From: Lottia gigantea
Taxonomy: Eukaryota
Assembly: GCF_000327385.1 (NCBI RefSeq)
Contig: NW_008709540.1
Coordinates: 24,238-88,237 of the forward strand
Direction of reading: 5' to 3'
Length of the DNA: 64,000 nt
Shown here in pieces: positions 52,101-61,631 of the stretch (within the stretch, counting starts at the first letter, position 1; each line of letters opens with the position of its first letter). A program made the position numbers and the translations under genes. Below the pieces are notes generated by a model that was not told the DNA's origin, searched no databases, and was given only the letters and a program-made list of their open reading frames with translations.

Positions 52101-52223
52101 CAGGATGATACAATAATGTCCAGGTGGAACTTTCACCATTGGACATGGTTCTGTTATTAAAACTTCATTGGTCTGCAGAGCAAAATTCTTGGGACCAATC
52201 TCAATCTGTGAGATATTGGTATT
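40079..52223 (-). CDS. MVP: Major vault protein (MVP) gene, gene-level span. At least 14 coding exons are resolved from the exon encoding the 'QNSNVSRVEVGPK' equivalent through to the stop. The first coding exon (the M...IPPYHY equivalent) was not found upstream of 52223.
   Basis: Exon translations are co-linear with human MVP along the whole protein. [43 protein letters not shown] matches [54 protein letters not shown]...[15 protein letters not shown] matches DPFPLYPGE...[32 protein letters not shown] matches [34 protein letters not shown] matches [44 protein letters not shown] matches [68 protein letters not shown] matches [39 protein letters not shown]. The C-terminus [32 protein letters not shown] matches [32 protein letters not shown]. 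Confidence 0.85.
40577..40657 (-). CDS. MVP: MVP penultimate exon encoding [27 protein letters not shown].
   Basis: Acceptor aattttag|. Donor |gtagga. Matches human ...IRDLAVAGPEMQVK. Confidence 0.7.
41150..41845. repeat. Minisatellite with a 50-bp unit (AATAATCTATTTCATATCTTCTCATCTATAGAATCA[AT]ATAGAGAGAATTA) in about 14 copies, in an MVP intron.
   Basis: Period 50 counted from 41161 to 41211 to 41261. Confidence 0.9.
42551..42777 (-). CDS. MVP: MVP coiled-coil cap-helix exon encoding [75 protein letters not shown].
   Basis: Acceptor ttttcaag|. Donor G|gtaggt. Strong match to the human MVP cap-helix region. Confidence 0.75.
43025..43125 (-). CDS. MVP: MVP exon encoding [33 protein letters not shown](S).
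   Basis: Acceptor ttacag|. Donor AG|gtacga. Matches human [36 protein letters not shown]. Confidence 0.7.
43277..43404 (-). CDS. MVP: MVP exon encoding (S)[43 protein letters not shown].
   Basis: Acceptor atttcag|. Donor |gtaggt. The 9-bp-unit repeat array lies immediately 5' in the upstream intron. Confidence 0.7.
43395..43800. repeat. Degenerate short tandem repeat with an AATAACAAT / AGAATAACA / GTAAAATAACA unit of about 9 bp, in an MVP intron abutting the exon at 43277-43404.
   Basis: Visible periodicity. It produces the Leu/Phe/Tyr-rich ORFs on the minus strand in the ORF track. Confidence 0.85.
46460..46550 (-). CDS. MVP: MVP exon encoding [30 protein letters not shown](R).
   Basis: Acceptor gttttcag|. 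Donor AG|gtaaga. Matches human [32 protein letters not shown]. Confidence 0.75.
46640..47300. repeat. Minisatellite with a 28-bp unit (TATACAATGTCAAGCTATTACCAAACAC) in about 23 copies, in an MVP intron.
   Basis: Period 28 counted from 46681 to 46709. Confidence 0.9.
47374..47590 (-). CDS. MVP: MVP exon encoding ...[72 protein letters not shown]. The 5' acceptor position is uncertain; tcag|TGATGG near 47590 is the likeliest.
   Basis: [23 protein letters not shown] is the same length as, and co-linear with, human [23 protein letters not shown]. Weak donor G|gtttgt at 47373. Confidence 0.55.
47640..48320. repeat. Minisatellite with a unit of about 67-68 bp (…TCCTATAAATATAAACAACACAATACTGTCCTTTACTCAACACAGTCTTCTCTAC[CT]CT[AT]CTCAATATA…) in about 10 copies, in an MVP intron.
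   Basis: Period counted from 47735 to 47802 to 47870. Confidence 0.85.
48449..48515 (-). CDS. MVP: MVP exon encoding (R)[21 protein letters not shown](V). The exact donor is ambiguous between |gtaagt and |gtgtgg one codon earlier.
   Basis: Acceptor tttatag|. Matches human [27 protein letters not shown]. Confidence 0.6.
48540..50230. repeat. Minisatellite with a 44-bp unit organised as an 88-bp higher-order dimer of two alternating variants (…AAATCATTTAGTAAGAGAAACCTAATAAATATTATGTCTTTAGTT / AATCATTTAGTACGGGAAATCTAACAAATATGATGTTTGTAGT…). There are about 38 units over ~1.7 kb, in the MVP intron 3' of the exon at 50275-50439.
   Basis: 'taagagaaac' recurs at 48591 and 48679 with the 'tacgggaaatc' variant in between. 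Downstream units (49500-50230) are more degenerate, with ~36-44 bp spacing. Confidence 0.85.
50275..50439 (-). CDS. MVP: MVP exon encoding [53 protein letters not shown](R).
   Basis: Acceptor tatttgcag|. Donor AG|gtacc. The 44-bp minisatellite begins just 3' of this exon. Confidence 0.7.
50661..50736 (-). CDS. MVP: MVP exon encoding [25 protein letters not shown](R).
   Basis: Acceptor aaaatag|. Donor AG|gtaagt. Matches human [32 protein letters not shown]. Confidence 0.7.
51156..51381 (-). CDS. MVP: MVP exon encoding [75 protein letters not shown].
   Basis: Acceptor cacttccag|. Donor G|gtgagt. Strong match to human MVP residues ~100-175. Confidence 0.75.
51785..51848 (-). CDS. MVP: MVP small exon encoding (S)[21 protein letters not shown].
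   Basis: Acceptor tattttag|. Strong donor |gtaaga. The phase links the two neighbouring exons. Similarity to human 'FDVTGQVRLRHAD' is weak, so this is the least certain MVP exon. Confidence 0.45.
52090..52223 (-). CDS. MVP: MVP exon encoding [44 protein letters not shown](R).
   Basis: Acceptor tattttcag|. Weak donor AG|gtatat. Upstream in frame there is a stop within 8 codons and no ATG. Confidence 0.7.
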
Positions 52224-54279
52224 CTGAAAATATAAATGGGTTGAAGTTACGTTATCAATAAAACCAAACTTTGTCTGAGGTTTTATCTGATGTCTTCATC
52301 ATTAGTAAAGGTTTGATCAAACTACTTGATGAGAAAAAAAACTTTTCAATCTGTGTACAGGCAAATGTTAAGATAACCCAAGATAAACCCTTTAAAAATA
52401 TACCATAATATCATTAAAGGAAAAAGTCTTCTGAATATTATGTTTAATTAATGACAAATAAGAATTAAAATTTCATCCAGAGAAATGGAATATTTATCTA
52501 CAACTAAGCTGTATCAGCTGACAACAATCATATTTCTAAGACAATCTGCCTTTTAAAATGGATTTAGAGAGTATAATGGCAATAAATACAGTTTAAAATC
52601 ATGTTTTTGAAACCTTTAGTTATTTGAAATCAGCAAATGTGTCATTTTGAATTCAGGATCTTGTATCATGAAGTGTTCCTTATTTAATTTAATTTTTCTC
52701 TGTTTCAAAGTATTTTCGACTGTGGCCTGGTACTGGAAACATGGCTCATACGTCATGAGATTTTAGATTTAAAGCCTTGTATGATGGTGTATATATGTTT
52801 GTATTTATATAGATTATATTATATTAATGTTATTTATCATTAATTGATTGTTGAGAATGCTACAAAATTAAAGTGACCTATAGGTCCATAGGGCCGGTTG
52901 TTTGTAATACTTGATATGCACGTAATATATGTATACTTATCATAACACATGTCACTGTAATAAACAATTACTTACTTACTTATCCCCTCATAAATGTGTC
53001 AATACAATTGATCTATTTGAAGTTTCAGCAGATTGGAAGAATTGCTATATGTATTGTTTTATGTTTGATAATTGAAACGTTGTAGAAATTAAAGAAAGGA
53101 GTAGTATATCTATAATAGTCTTCTTATTTATTTAATATAAATTGTTTTCATTTCTTATATAGAGTACAGATATTAACACTTCCTCAAGGTGGTTTAATAA
53201 TAAAGTAGGTCAAGAAACAACCAGAGCAGAACAGTCAATAATAGTAATATATATATCATCTAATCTTTGAATGATAATTAAAAGTAAAAGTACATTAGAT
53301 AAATATTGTGAGAGGTGGTCCAATATTCCTCCAAGTAGTCAGGTATTATTACACGACCAGTAAAAAACATAAGGGATTGAATATTGACTGTAGCTTTGTG
53401 AAACCTGGTAAATAATAACAGCAAACACCAAGAAAGGCAAAAAACACCGATCCAGTCAGTAATATAATTAATTATAGATAAACTACTATTAGACTGGGCT
53501 AAGATTTACTGCTCTTTGGACAATGTTTACAGAATTCAATAGAGGTATTCCTTTCCTTATGAATCTAATGAAAATGTCAACCATTGGAAAAGTTATTTGT
53601 AAATACGATTTTAAAGGAAAAGTAGGAAAAGTAGGTCATATTGATTTGATTTATCCTTAGGTTAGAGTTTAGAATCTAAGACAAATGGCATGCAGTTAAA
53701 CATTATATTTTGAATTTGTGAAATGAGAGAAAAAATATTAAATGCCATGCTTATAGCCTTATTTTAAACAGAGTAGTCGCCAGCTTATAAATATTGGACT
53801 GGTGTTATTGGAAATTTACATTGGATAAGACGAAGTACGAGACTTAAAATATCTATAAGAAATCACTTACATTGTTCAGAATATGAATGAAGGTGAAGGG
53901 AGGGACACTGATTACTCTACTCATCTCGACTTTCAGCCTGTCAAACTATAAATGTCCTCAAAAACTTCAAATCCTAGCCCCACAGTTCCTGGTAACAACT
54001 TGTTCTACTTTGTACCAACTTGTAAACAATCGAGTTTCTACAAATATTAACTCAAAATTCAACACAAAACGAAATTTCATCAAATTACGTCATTTATAAA
54101 AATAGTAACTTACAAAACGAAAGATTGAAAATACAGAAAAATGTCGATTAGGTTAATTTTACATTGACGTAGGTTTCTTGCAATTGACGTCAATGGTTGT
54201 AGCAGTACAAATTATAACATCTCACGGTATGATTTTTATCTTAAAGTGACTAGTAGAACGAAACATATCTGTCTCTATT

Positions 54280-54760
54280 CTAGCCTCTGATAGCTATTTG
54301 GATAGATTCGGCTGGTGTAGAGACAGAAAAAAACGTGTTAAATGGAAACTTTCCGAATCCCCGCAAGTGCTTGAGTTTTAAACCTTTTTAAATAGCCTGG
54401 ATCTGCAAAACCAAGATATATTTGGAAAGATGAACATTTTTTTAGTTCAGTAATGCCATCATGCCCTACACCATTTACGTTACGTTTCCGGTACCATCAA
54501 ATTTTTTTTTAAAGAAACTGATCTCGCATCGACCATCTGCGTGCACCGTTCAGGGGTCACGGAGTGACGTGATACTGACAACATAAAAGTTATGGTGATG
54601 CCCAACACTAATTTACAATCCTCTTAAAGGTAATTTAATATTTTGTTGGAAAAACGCATCTTTGGAGGTGGGGAAAATCCCCATTTAACAAGGCCTTTTT
54701 CTTCTGACTCTACTCCAACCGACAACTCTCCAAATATCAGGGGTTGGAATAGAGGCAGAT
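54280..54760. mobile_element. Second, longer and diverged copy of the 32567-32812 MITE family.
   Basis: Co-linear similarity to 32560-32820, including the E-box-like 'cacgtgatact' core. Confidence 0.4.
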
Positions 54761-55721
54761 GTTTTGAACTAAGTGACAAGGTGCGCTGATTTATAATACA
54801 TATATCAAATGTTTATTTTTCATAAGTAACGTAGGTTCGCCACTTTCATATCTTTATCCCTCTATGTGAATCCATAATCAGTCTTTGAACTTTAATCGGT
54901 ATTCAATTTATTTACAGGGGCATTACACACAATTTTCATTATCAAAAAACTTATACCTGAAAATATTTCTGAAATATGCCAAATATGCATAGTCATTAGT
55001 CCGAGTCTCAAAAAAGTGTGTTATAAAGAGTGGTCCAACTTTGTTTGGTCAGAGTTGTCATCATTTTAATTTAATTGTATTCGATTAAAAACAGAGTGTA
55101 CTAATTGTTAGTAAAACAGCTTTAGATTTTGGTATATAGTTTTCATAAATTGGCAGACTGTCTCATCAGGCGGAAAACTTAGGAGGTTGAGATTCAGAAT
55201 TCGACAGTTCTGTGGAAGCACATGAGCACAAACTTCCCCTGCTCTAGAGTTTGAGAGTGTTCTCCCACAAGACAATTAGGTCAAATCTGACACATTTTGT
55301 GGGACAAACCATTTATCTAGAGGGACATTACAATGAGAGGGGCCCCAACCCACTAAAGTCCGGGAACCCCCAATCATCTGGTTGAGCCCCTGTCCACTGC
55401 CTGTTTGTTTTCAGGTACGCCATGTGTTGTTTATAAAGATACACTTTGTATTAGGACTATAAAACTTGATCCCTAAAACTATCAAATAAATGGTATAATA
55501 TGAAGCCCCGAATAATAAAATAATGATGAAATATGGAATTCGATATTTTACTATCAAACTGTTGGTGAAATTAGATGATTTAATGTTAAAATCAATCTGA
55601 ACTAAATCTGTATAAATACTGGCTAGAATTCTGATGTGATCATCGGTTTGTGAAGATCAGTGTTGACTAACATCTAAATTTAACACAGAGTTAAAATCAT
55701 CTTCGATAATCCAATATCACC

Positions 55722-55896
55722 ATGTCTCGTCTAGTATTAGTTGGTGTATTTCTCCTAGTCCTGGCTAGTGTAGTTGATGGTAGTTCCAGTTCGTCTCGAA
55801 GATCAAGCAGAATTCGGCGTTTACCGAGTAAATCTATGAATCGATTCTTCAGAGGGCTGTGTTCAAGGTTCAGAGAGTCGGCTATAATAACAAATA
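55722..55896 (+). CDS. PAN/apple-like secreted protein, copy A, exon 1. It encodes a signal peptide (MSRLVLVGVFLLVLASVVDG) followed by a basic Ser/Arg-rich propeptide-like segment (SSSSSRRSSRIRRLPSKSMNRFFRGLCSRFRESAIITN).
   Basis: An ATG is followed by a hydrophobic core. Donor A|gtaagt at 55897 gives phase 1. The paralogous exon at 61457-61631 on the minus strand is ~80% identical at the amino-acid level. Confidence 0.7.
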
Positions 55897-56261
55897 GTAA
55901 GTAAAGGGCCTTTATATATTCTGTCATTCGCCGCTTCTTAGTTTCATCGTGTAAATTATACTGATCGGATAGAGGCAGATGTTTGAGATTATAAACATTG
56001 GTGATATCACTTGATTTGCAAACTGGCTAATCAACTCGCTTGTACGAAACCATTTTTTCGTTTTGTCTTGTAAATTTTAACACGACGCACGGAACTCGCA
56101 AAAAATATAAAAAAAGGGTTGTTTTACATGGTTGAAATTTACCGCCACATATGAAGCTATTTGTATAAAGTGACCCACAATCCTGGCTTTATATTAACTT
56201 GAGAAGGACAAAGTTTCTTTTTCACCATCGTAACCTGAAAGTTCCTGTTTATATTTTTTAG

Positions 56262-56740
56262 ATGAAGAGGAACCTATAATCACTGGAAGAGAGTCTGTAG
56301 TTCCCGAGATTACTTCAGCATCCCCTGTCACCGACCCTACTACCGTACCCCCTGCCACCGACCCCCCCACACCGAAAACTTGTGTGTATGTAATGAAGGA
56401 ATACCCTTCCACTGATGTCAAATCAGAGCTCGTTCTCCCGGAAATATTCAACATCACTCGAGAAGAATGTGAAGATATTTGTAAGAAGGACGCATCCTGT
56501 ATCGAAGTCGAATCCTTCGGCAGAACTCCAGTAAGGTGTACCCTTAATATGGGTCGTACCCGTCTAGCTGGGCTGAACGAGGCTATATGTTTATCTTCCT
56601 GTAAAACCAGACCCGAATGCTTTGCAATAAGTATACGTCAGATGAAATGTCAACACTTCAATCGTCTTTTCAACTCATCTGAGTTAATACCCGACGAAAC
56701 ACATTTGTCTAAGGTTTTTATGAAAGTATGCCAACATTAA
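56262..56740 (+). CDS. PAN/apple-like secreted protein, copy A, exon 2. It encodes a Thr/Pro-rich linker (TSASPVTDPTTVPPATDPPTPKT) followed by a Cys-rich domain: CVYV...EECEDICKKDASCIEVESFGRTPVRCTLNMGRTRLAGLNEAICLSSCKTRPECFAISIRQMKCQHF...KVCQH*.
   Basis: Acceptor tttttag| at 56261 with phase matching exon 1. The TAA stop is at 56738-56740. The joined CDS is 654 nt (217 aa). The Cys spacing and the hydrophobic/Gly pattern are PAN/apple-like. This domain assignment was made by eye and should be confirmed by a profile search. Confidence 0.65.
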
Positions 56741-57947
56741 TATAAATATCAGACTAGGGTTTTTCATTCAAAGCATGCATGACTTTCGGGAAATGCTAAA
56801 ACATAAATATCAAACTGAATTTATTGTTTCGAACGCCAAACACCATACCAGATTTGAAAAGTTAGCCCCAGTTTCAAAACTTGCTATCCTGACGAAGATT
56901 GTGTATCAAAAACACATCAGCCTAGACAGCATGATATCAGCTTAAATCAATGAGCTAACTTTAAGTCATTTAATGAAAGGTTAACCCCTTTCCAACACTA
57001 GCTGTTCTGACGAGGACTGTGTATCTGAAACACATGTCAGCAGTATGATCTATGAACTTTAGTCAAATAATTCCAGAATGTATGTATTTAAAATGTTAAT
57101 TATGAAGAACCCACAACTGATATTGTTGTCTACCAAAATAAATTATGTATCTCAGATATAAGCGTTTTATTTTTTCCAAAAATCCGCTGTCGAGAGCTTT
57201 GTCATTCCCAACTCAAACAACACTGGCAATAATGTCGCCTGGTCAATCGTGGATCAGCTATCATTATGTCATGCACCAGGGTAATGTTTTCCGGAATGAG
57301 TTACTGTTGAAAGCCTTCCTGGACGTAGAGATCAAGTCAGTATGTTTCTTTGTTGGATTTCGGGAAAGGGAGGGTTTGATTCTCCCAAATATACAGGCCC
57401 AGGATGGAACAAATACTTCATTTACAACTTGGAATAAATGGTCTGGAACTGCTGGGAATTTTTCTTAGTTTTTGATCTAAAAACGATAAGATAATATATC
57501 ACCCAAAGGCGAGAGATTAGATTGTTATATACTAATGGGCTTTAGTTTGCTATGAACAAGGTATTCATATACATCTTGTTTTTTTATATGCGACAATTAT
57601 TTTTTGTTGAATTTCTCTTGTAGACCTTCATAATGGACATGGACTATTTTACTTGCTGGTGGTATAGAATGAGATAACAAAAGGTGCGTTAACTACATTA
57701 TGGTGAAAATTCAGTCCTATAGGCCGTGGCTATTAAGCGTCTGAATCCAATGGGCCACCCTGGCCTGACAGAATTTCATAGTTTCATCTTCTGGTAGGTC
57801 AATTAATATGCGCTAATGAAGGTTAGAATAAGATCTTCTAATGAATGGTCGTCCAAGTTTAAATGATAAGAAACGGGTTTGTCTTTCTTTAATGTGATAT
57901 CTGATCTATGAGCTTTAAACCGAATGTCTAGATAATACATTCGGATT

Positions 57948-58170
57948 CAGTGATGCAGGTAAGAGGGGCTGACATACAAAAAACGTCTAGCCGTTCGGGT
58001 GGGACAATAAACCAAGACCCGTGTGCTACAGGCTGTGCACATTAAGGATCCCTCGACAGTTGAGAATCGACAAAAAGCAGCTGTTGTCTTGGCAAAATTT
58101 CCCTCATTGCACCTTGCTTGGCGTTGCCCGTCTTCAGTTGCCCACACAGAGCAGAAAAGTAAGACGTAGA
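57948..58170 (+). mobile_element. 5'-truncated copy of the same SINE family. It has no tRNA head.
   Basis: Co-linear with 61165-61385 at high identity. Confidence 0.55.
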
Positions 58171-58599
58171 GATCAAGTCAGTATGTATCTGTGTTGGATT
58201 TCGGGAAAGGGAGGGTTTAATTCTCCCAAATGTACAGGGAATGGGAACTCCATTCATTTCATTTTGTAAACTTTGTTTGGATAAATTCTTACATGAAATT
58301 AAGTAAATTTTATTCGAGCATTCACAGGTAAGATGCTCCTGGATCAAGTATCTTTTCTTCATAGATTTATTTAAGAAATAGAGAGTTTCAGATATATATG
58401 AGCGCTTTTGCATCTATACGACAGACATAGGTCACTACTTATCGAGATATTTCGATATAAAGTCTATTCTTAGCTGATATCTTCGTTAAGGTAGAACTGT
58501 TTATGATTCGTAACAATCGTTTAGAGTACCCACGCTCTTTTAGTTTAAAGAAAACTAACCCTGGTAATAGTAAATTTATTTTTATACGCCCACATGAAA

Positions 58600-59000
58600 T
58601 AAGGTCGTATATTGTCGTCACCCACAATTGGTCGTAAACACTCTAGAAGGCACAATTCTTGACGAATTTTGACGAAACTTTGTATGATTGTCTATTAATG
58701 CCCAAAAATGAACCCTATTGAAAATCAGAAAAATTGAAAAATATTTAGTATGAATTATTGCCCTTGTTCGTAAAATGCTCGTAAACACTCTTGAAGGTGC
58801 AGTTCTTGACAGATTTTGATGAAACTGGGTGTGAGAGTTTGTAATCACCCAAGGATGAACCCTATTGAAAATCAGAAAAATGGAAAAATATTTAGTATGA
58901 GTTATTGCCCTTGTTCTTGAAAACGCGTTCAATTTTTAGCTCGTAAACATTCTAGAAGGCACAGTTCTTGACGGATTCTGACGAAGCTTGGTAATATTAT
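58600..59000. repeat. Tandem repeat with a unit of about 149 bp in about 2.7 copies, lying between the convergent PAN-like genes.
   Basis: 'ccctattgaaaatcagaaaaat[tg]gaaaaatatttagtatga[ag]ttattgcccttgttc' recurs at 58712 and 58861. 'ctcgtaaaca[ct]tct[at]gaaggc[ac]ca[ag]ttcttgac[ag]…' recurs at 58640, 58785 and 58940. Confidence 0.75.
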
Positions 59001-59869
59001 TCAGTATCCCCAAACAAAGTTCAAAAGAAGTGTATGACTGAAGGTTGAACATTTCATACTGGTGATTGTTACTGTACTGCCGAATATTTTTATTTAAAAT
59101 CAAAGCTGCCAGTGGGCGTATATTACCTTGCCTGGATATTATGACACATAGAATTCTATCTCTTATTACCCGGCTGTTAGTCTGTCATATACCTCCGGGT
59201 AAGCCCTGTATTCAGTGGTTCAACGAGATGAGTGATGGCCCAGGGACTTAAGTGGGTTGAGGCCCCTTCCCCGGGAAATTTGATTTTTAATATATGATTT
59301 CCTGCATTCTGAGTTACCTCTAGCTGTTGGTCAATTTAATGTAAGATTTAAAGATATTCACTCTGCAGTTAATGATTATTCTGGGAGTGGGGCCTCCTTA
59401 TGGGAGGGGGACGCGTGGACTTAATACAATCAGTCACTATAATAGTTGAGGCACTGCCTGTGTTGTTGAATGTTTATCTCTCTACAAGTGTAGACACCAT
59501 GTGTTCACATGAAGTATTCAGAAAACAGAAATAAATAAAAAATAAAACGCTTATTTGAGATAATTAATTTGGTAGACAACAATATCAGTTTTTGGGTTCT
59601 TCATAATTAACATTTTAAATACATACATAGTGGAATTAAATTGTCTAAGGCTTATATACACAATCCTCGTACAGATAATGATGAACATGTGGAATTATCT
59701 TGGGTAAAGTCATGTTCTTTAACAACGGTACAATGATTATTCACATCTAACTGATCATTATCATCGTACCGTTGCTAAAAGAACATGGAGTAAAGTATGG
59801 TTTCAGAACAATGAAATTAGTATCTTTACAATGTCGTCTTATACCTTGACTGTAATATCCACCTTACAT

Positions 59870-60045
59870 TGCGGAATGTAGCCATTTCATTGGATTGTAT
59901 GCCAGAGAATACAGCCAATCAGAGTCTCGATGGAAAGACTGTAATCCTTATGAATTATATCTACAGACTTTCAGACTTTGAGGCCTCTGATTGGTTGTAA
60001 TCACTAGCGTAGAGACCAATCAAATCTCTGCATTTGTTGACCCCG
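59870..60045. mobile_element. Second full hairpin copy of the 'gattggattgtac…acagccaatca' MITE-like family. It lies ~240 bp 3' of PAN-like copy B.
   Basis: See the 2040-2175 entry. Confidence 0.5.
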
Positions 60046-60281
60046 GTATTGTCAACAAACAAATTTCTATTTATGGGATAAGAAGGTTTGGTTGGCCTCA
60101 GGTTATACCTGTGGAAGAGAGAAATAACACAGTTAATTTCAATACAAGATCTTTTTTTTACACAGCATAACCTGTACCCGGTTACATTTTTACAAACTTC
60201 TGTAACACACGAAAGATGGCTATTGCAATCAAGGTATATAGCTTAACATTATCAAGATGGAAAATCCGAGACTGATATTCA

Positions 60282-60793
60282 TTATGCAGTTAGAGGTAGA
60301 CATATTTTGAGATACATGTACGAATCATTGCGTCGTTGTAAATCCGTTGTAAAGAAAGCACGGTTATAGTGTTTACATGTGATCCCATGCGAGCTAGCTT
60401 GAAGACAGGCAGGGTTGGCCATACAGGAGGATGCACACGAATCCGCGGACTCCCCAGTCAGACGGATAATACCCATGTTTAGGGTGCATCTTACTGGAGT
60501 TTTACCGTATGATTCGACATCGATACAGGATACGTTCTTATCACAAATATCTGTACATTCTGCTAAAGTGACGTTGAAGACTTCCGGGTTAATGACCTCT
60601 GGTAGTACTTCCGTATTGTTCTTCATCCCATAAAAACATCGCTTCGCTGCTGTCTCGGTCCCGTTAGACCCGGTGTCTATGATAGGCTCGGTGGTAGTGG
60701 GGACGGTAGAGGGCTCAGTAACAGGGAGCACAGTGGTAGACTCCAGACTAGTTTCGAGAACTACAGACTCTCTGCCATTGATAACAGATTCAT
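60282..60793 (-). CDS. PAN/apple-like secreted protein, copy B, exon 2. It encodes a Thr/Pro-rich linker followed by a Cys-rich domain: RCFYG...AECTDICDKNVSCIDVESYGKTPVRCTLNMGIIRLTGESADSCASSCMANPACLQASSHGITCKHYNRAFF...KICLPLTA*.
   Basis: Acceptor tttttcag| at 60794. The TAA stop is at 60282-60284. The core motif 'C.DIC.K..SCI.VES.G.TPVRCTLNMG..RL.G' is shared with copy A. Confidence 0.65.
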
Positions 60794-61032
60794 CTGAAAA
60801 AAAACCGAAACAGTAATATTGAGGTGTTTATGTAAAATAGTGGCGTATTACAAAACGTTACATATCAACCTTCGTCGTCGAAACATCTCCCTATAAGTGC
60901 ATAGATGGGACCGTGGTTCACATAATCCAAATAGCTTCGTATGGTTAGTTGAGATTTAAGCCAATCTAATTTTCACAATCGAAAGAACATGGGGCCTTGA
61001 AACATAGTCCCATCAGAATGACAAGGACCTAC

Positions 61033-61390
61033 ATCTCAGGGGTCAGGGGAAACACGGTTGCTCGGTTAGTTAGAAGCTTGCTCGTTAACCTGTAGGTCCA
61101 TGGTTCAATCCCGGCATTGGTCGAGATAATACCTTGGGATATTTCAACCAAGTTTTCCCCTGTCAGTGATACAGGTAAGAGGGGCTGACAAGGAAAAAGC
61201 GTGTAGTATGGGACAATAAACAGAGGCCCCATGTGCTACAGGCTGTGCACGTTAAAGACACCTCGACAGTTGGAAATCGAAAAAGAGCAGGCTAATGCCG
61301 CTGTTTTGGCAAAATTTCCCTCATTGCACCCTTCATGGTGTTGCCCGTCTTCACTAGCCCACATGGTGCAGAAAAGTAGTACGTAAATCT
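61033..61390 (+). mobile_element. tRNA-derived SINE, full-length copy, inserted in the intron of PAN-like copy B.
   Basis: The 5' head has pol-III box A/B-like motifs (…gctcggttagttagaagc… and …ggttcaatcccggc…). The body (…cagtgatacaggtaagaggggctgaca…ggcaaaatttccctcattgcaccc…tgttgcccgtcttcactagcccacatggtgcagaaaag) recurs at three other sites in the window. It is absent from the orthologous intron of copy A. Confidence 0.6.
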
Positions 61391-61456
61391 GATAAACACG
61401 ACCTAATAGACTTCAAATCCTCGTTAAATAAAAGATAGAGGGGGTCATTTACTTAC

Positions 61457-61631
61457 CTTCTGTTCTTATAGCCGACTCTCTGAACAGTGGACACAGCCCT
61501 CTGAACAATCCACTCATAGGTTTTCTCGGTGAACCCCGAATTCTGCTTGATCTTCGAGACGAACTGGAACTACCATCAACTACACTAGCCAGGACTAGGA
61601 GAAATATACCAAGTAATACTATACGAGACAT
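61457..61631 (-). CDS. PAN/apple-like secreted protein, copy B, exon 1. It encodes MSRIVLLGIFLLVLASVVDGSSSSSRRSSRIRGSPRKPMSGLFRGLCPLFRESAIRTEG, a signal peptide plus propeptide.
   Basis: Donor G|gtaagt at 61456, phase 1 as in copy A. The 5' flank (61632-61900) is an inverted near-duplicate of the copy A promoter region (55440-55721). Confidence 0.7.

Larger units (their letters stand above)
55380..56750 (+). repeat. Arm 1 of an inverted segmental duplication: promoter, exon 1, intron and exon 2 of the PAN-like gene. The partner arm is 60282-61900 in reverse complement. Together they give convergent (tail-to-tail) paralogues about 3.5 kb apart.
   Basis: Direct comparison of the two regions shows high nucleotide identity in the promoter/5'UTR and exon 1 and lower identity in exon 2. 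Arm 2 additionally contains a ~350-bp SINE within its intron. Confidence 0.7.

Noticed and set aside
61029-61232. 67-aa ORF on the minus strand overlapping the SINE. Also the 57145-57468 (+), 57947-58413 and 58618-58932 ORFs between the PAN-like genes.
   Set aside because: They overlap SINE and tandem-repeat sequence (the 58618-58932 ORF itself shows the ~149-bp repeat as duplicated peptide). They have no splice or homology support and show AT-rich non-coding composition.
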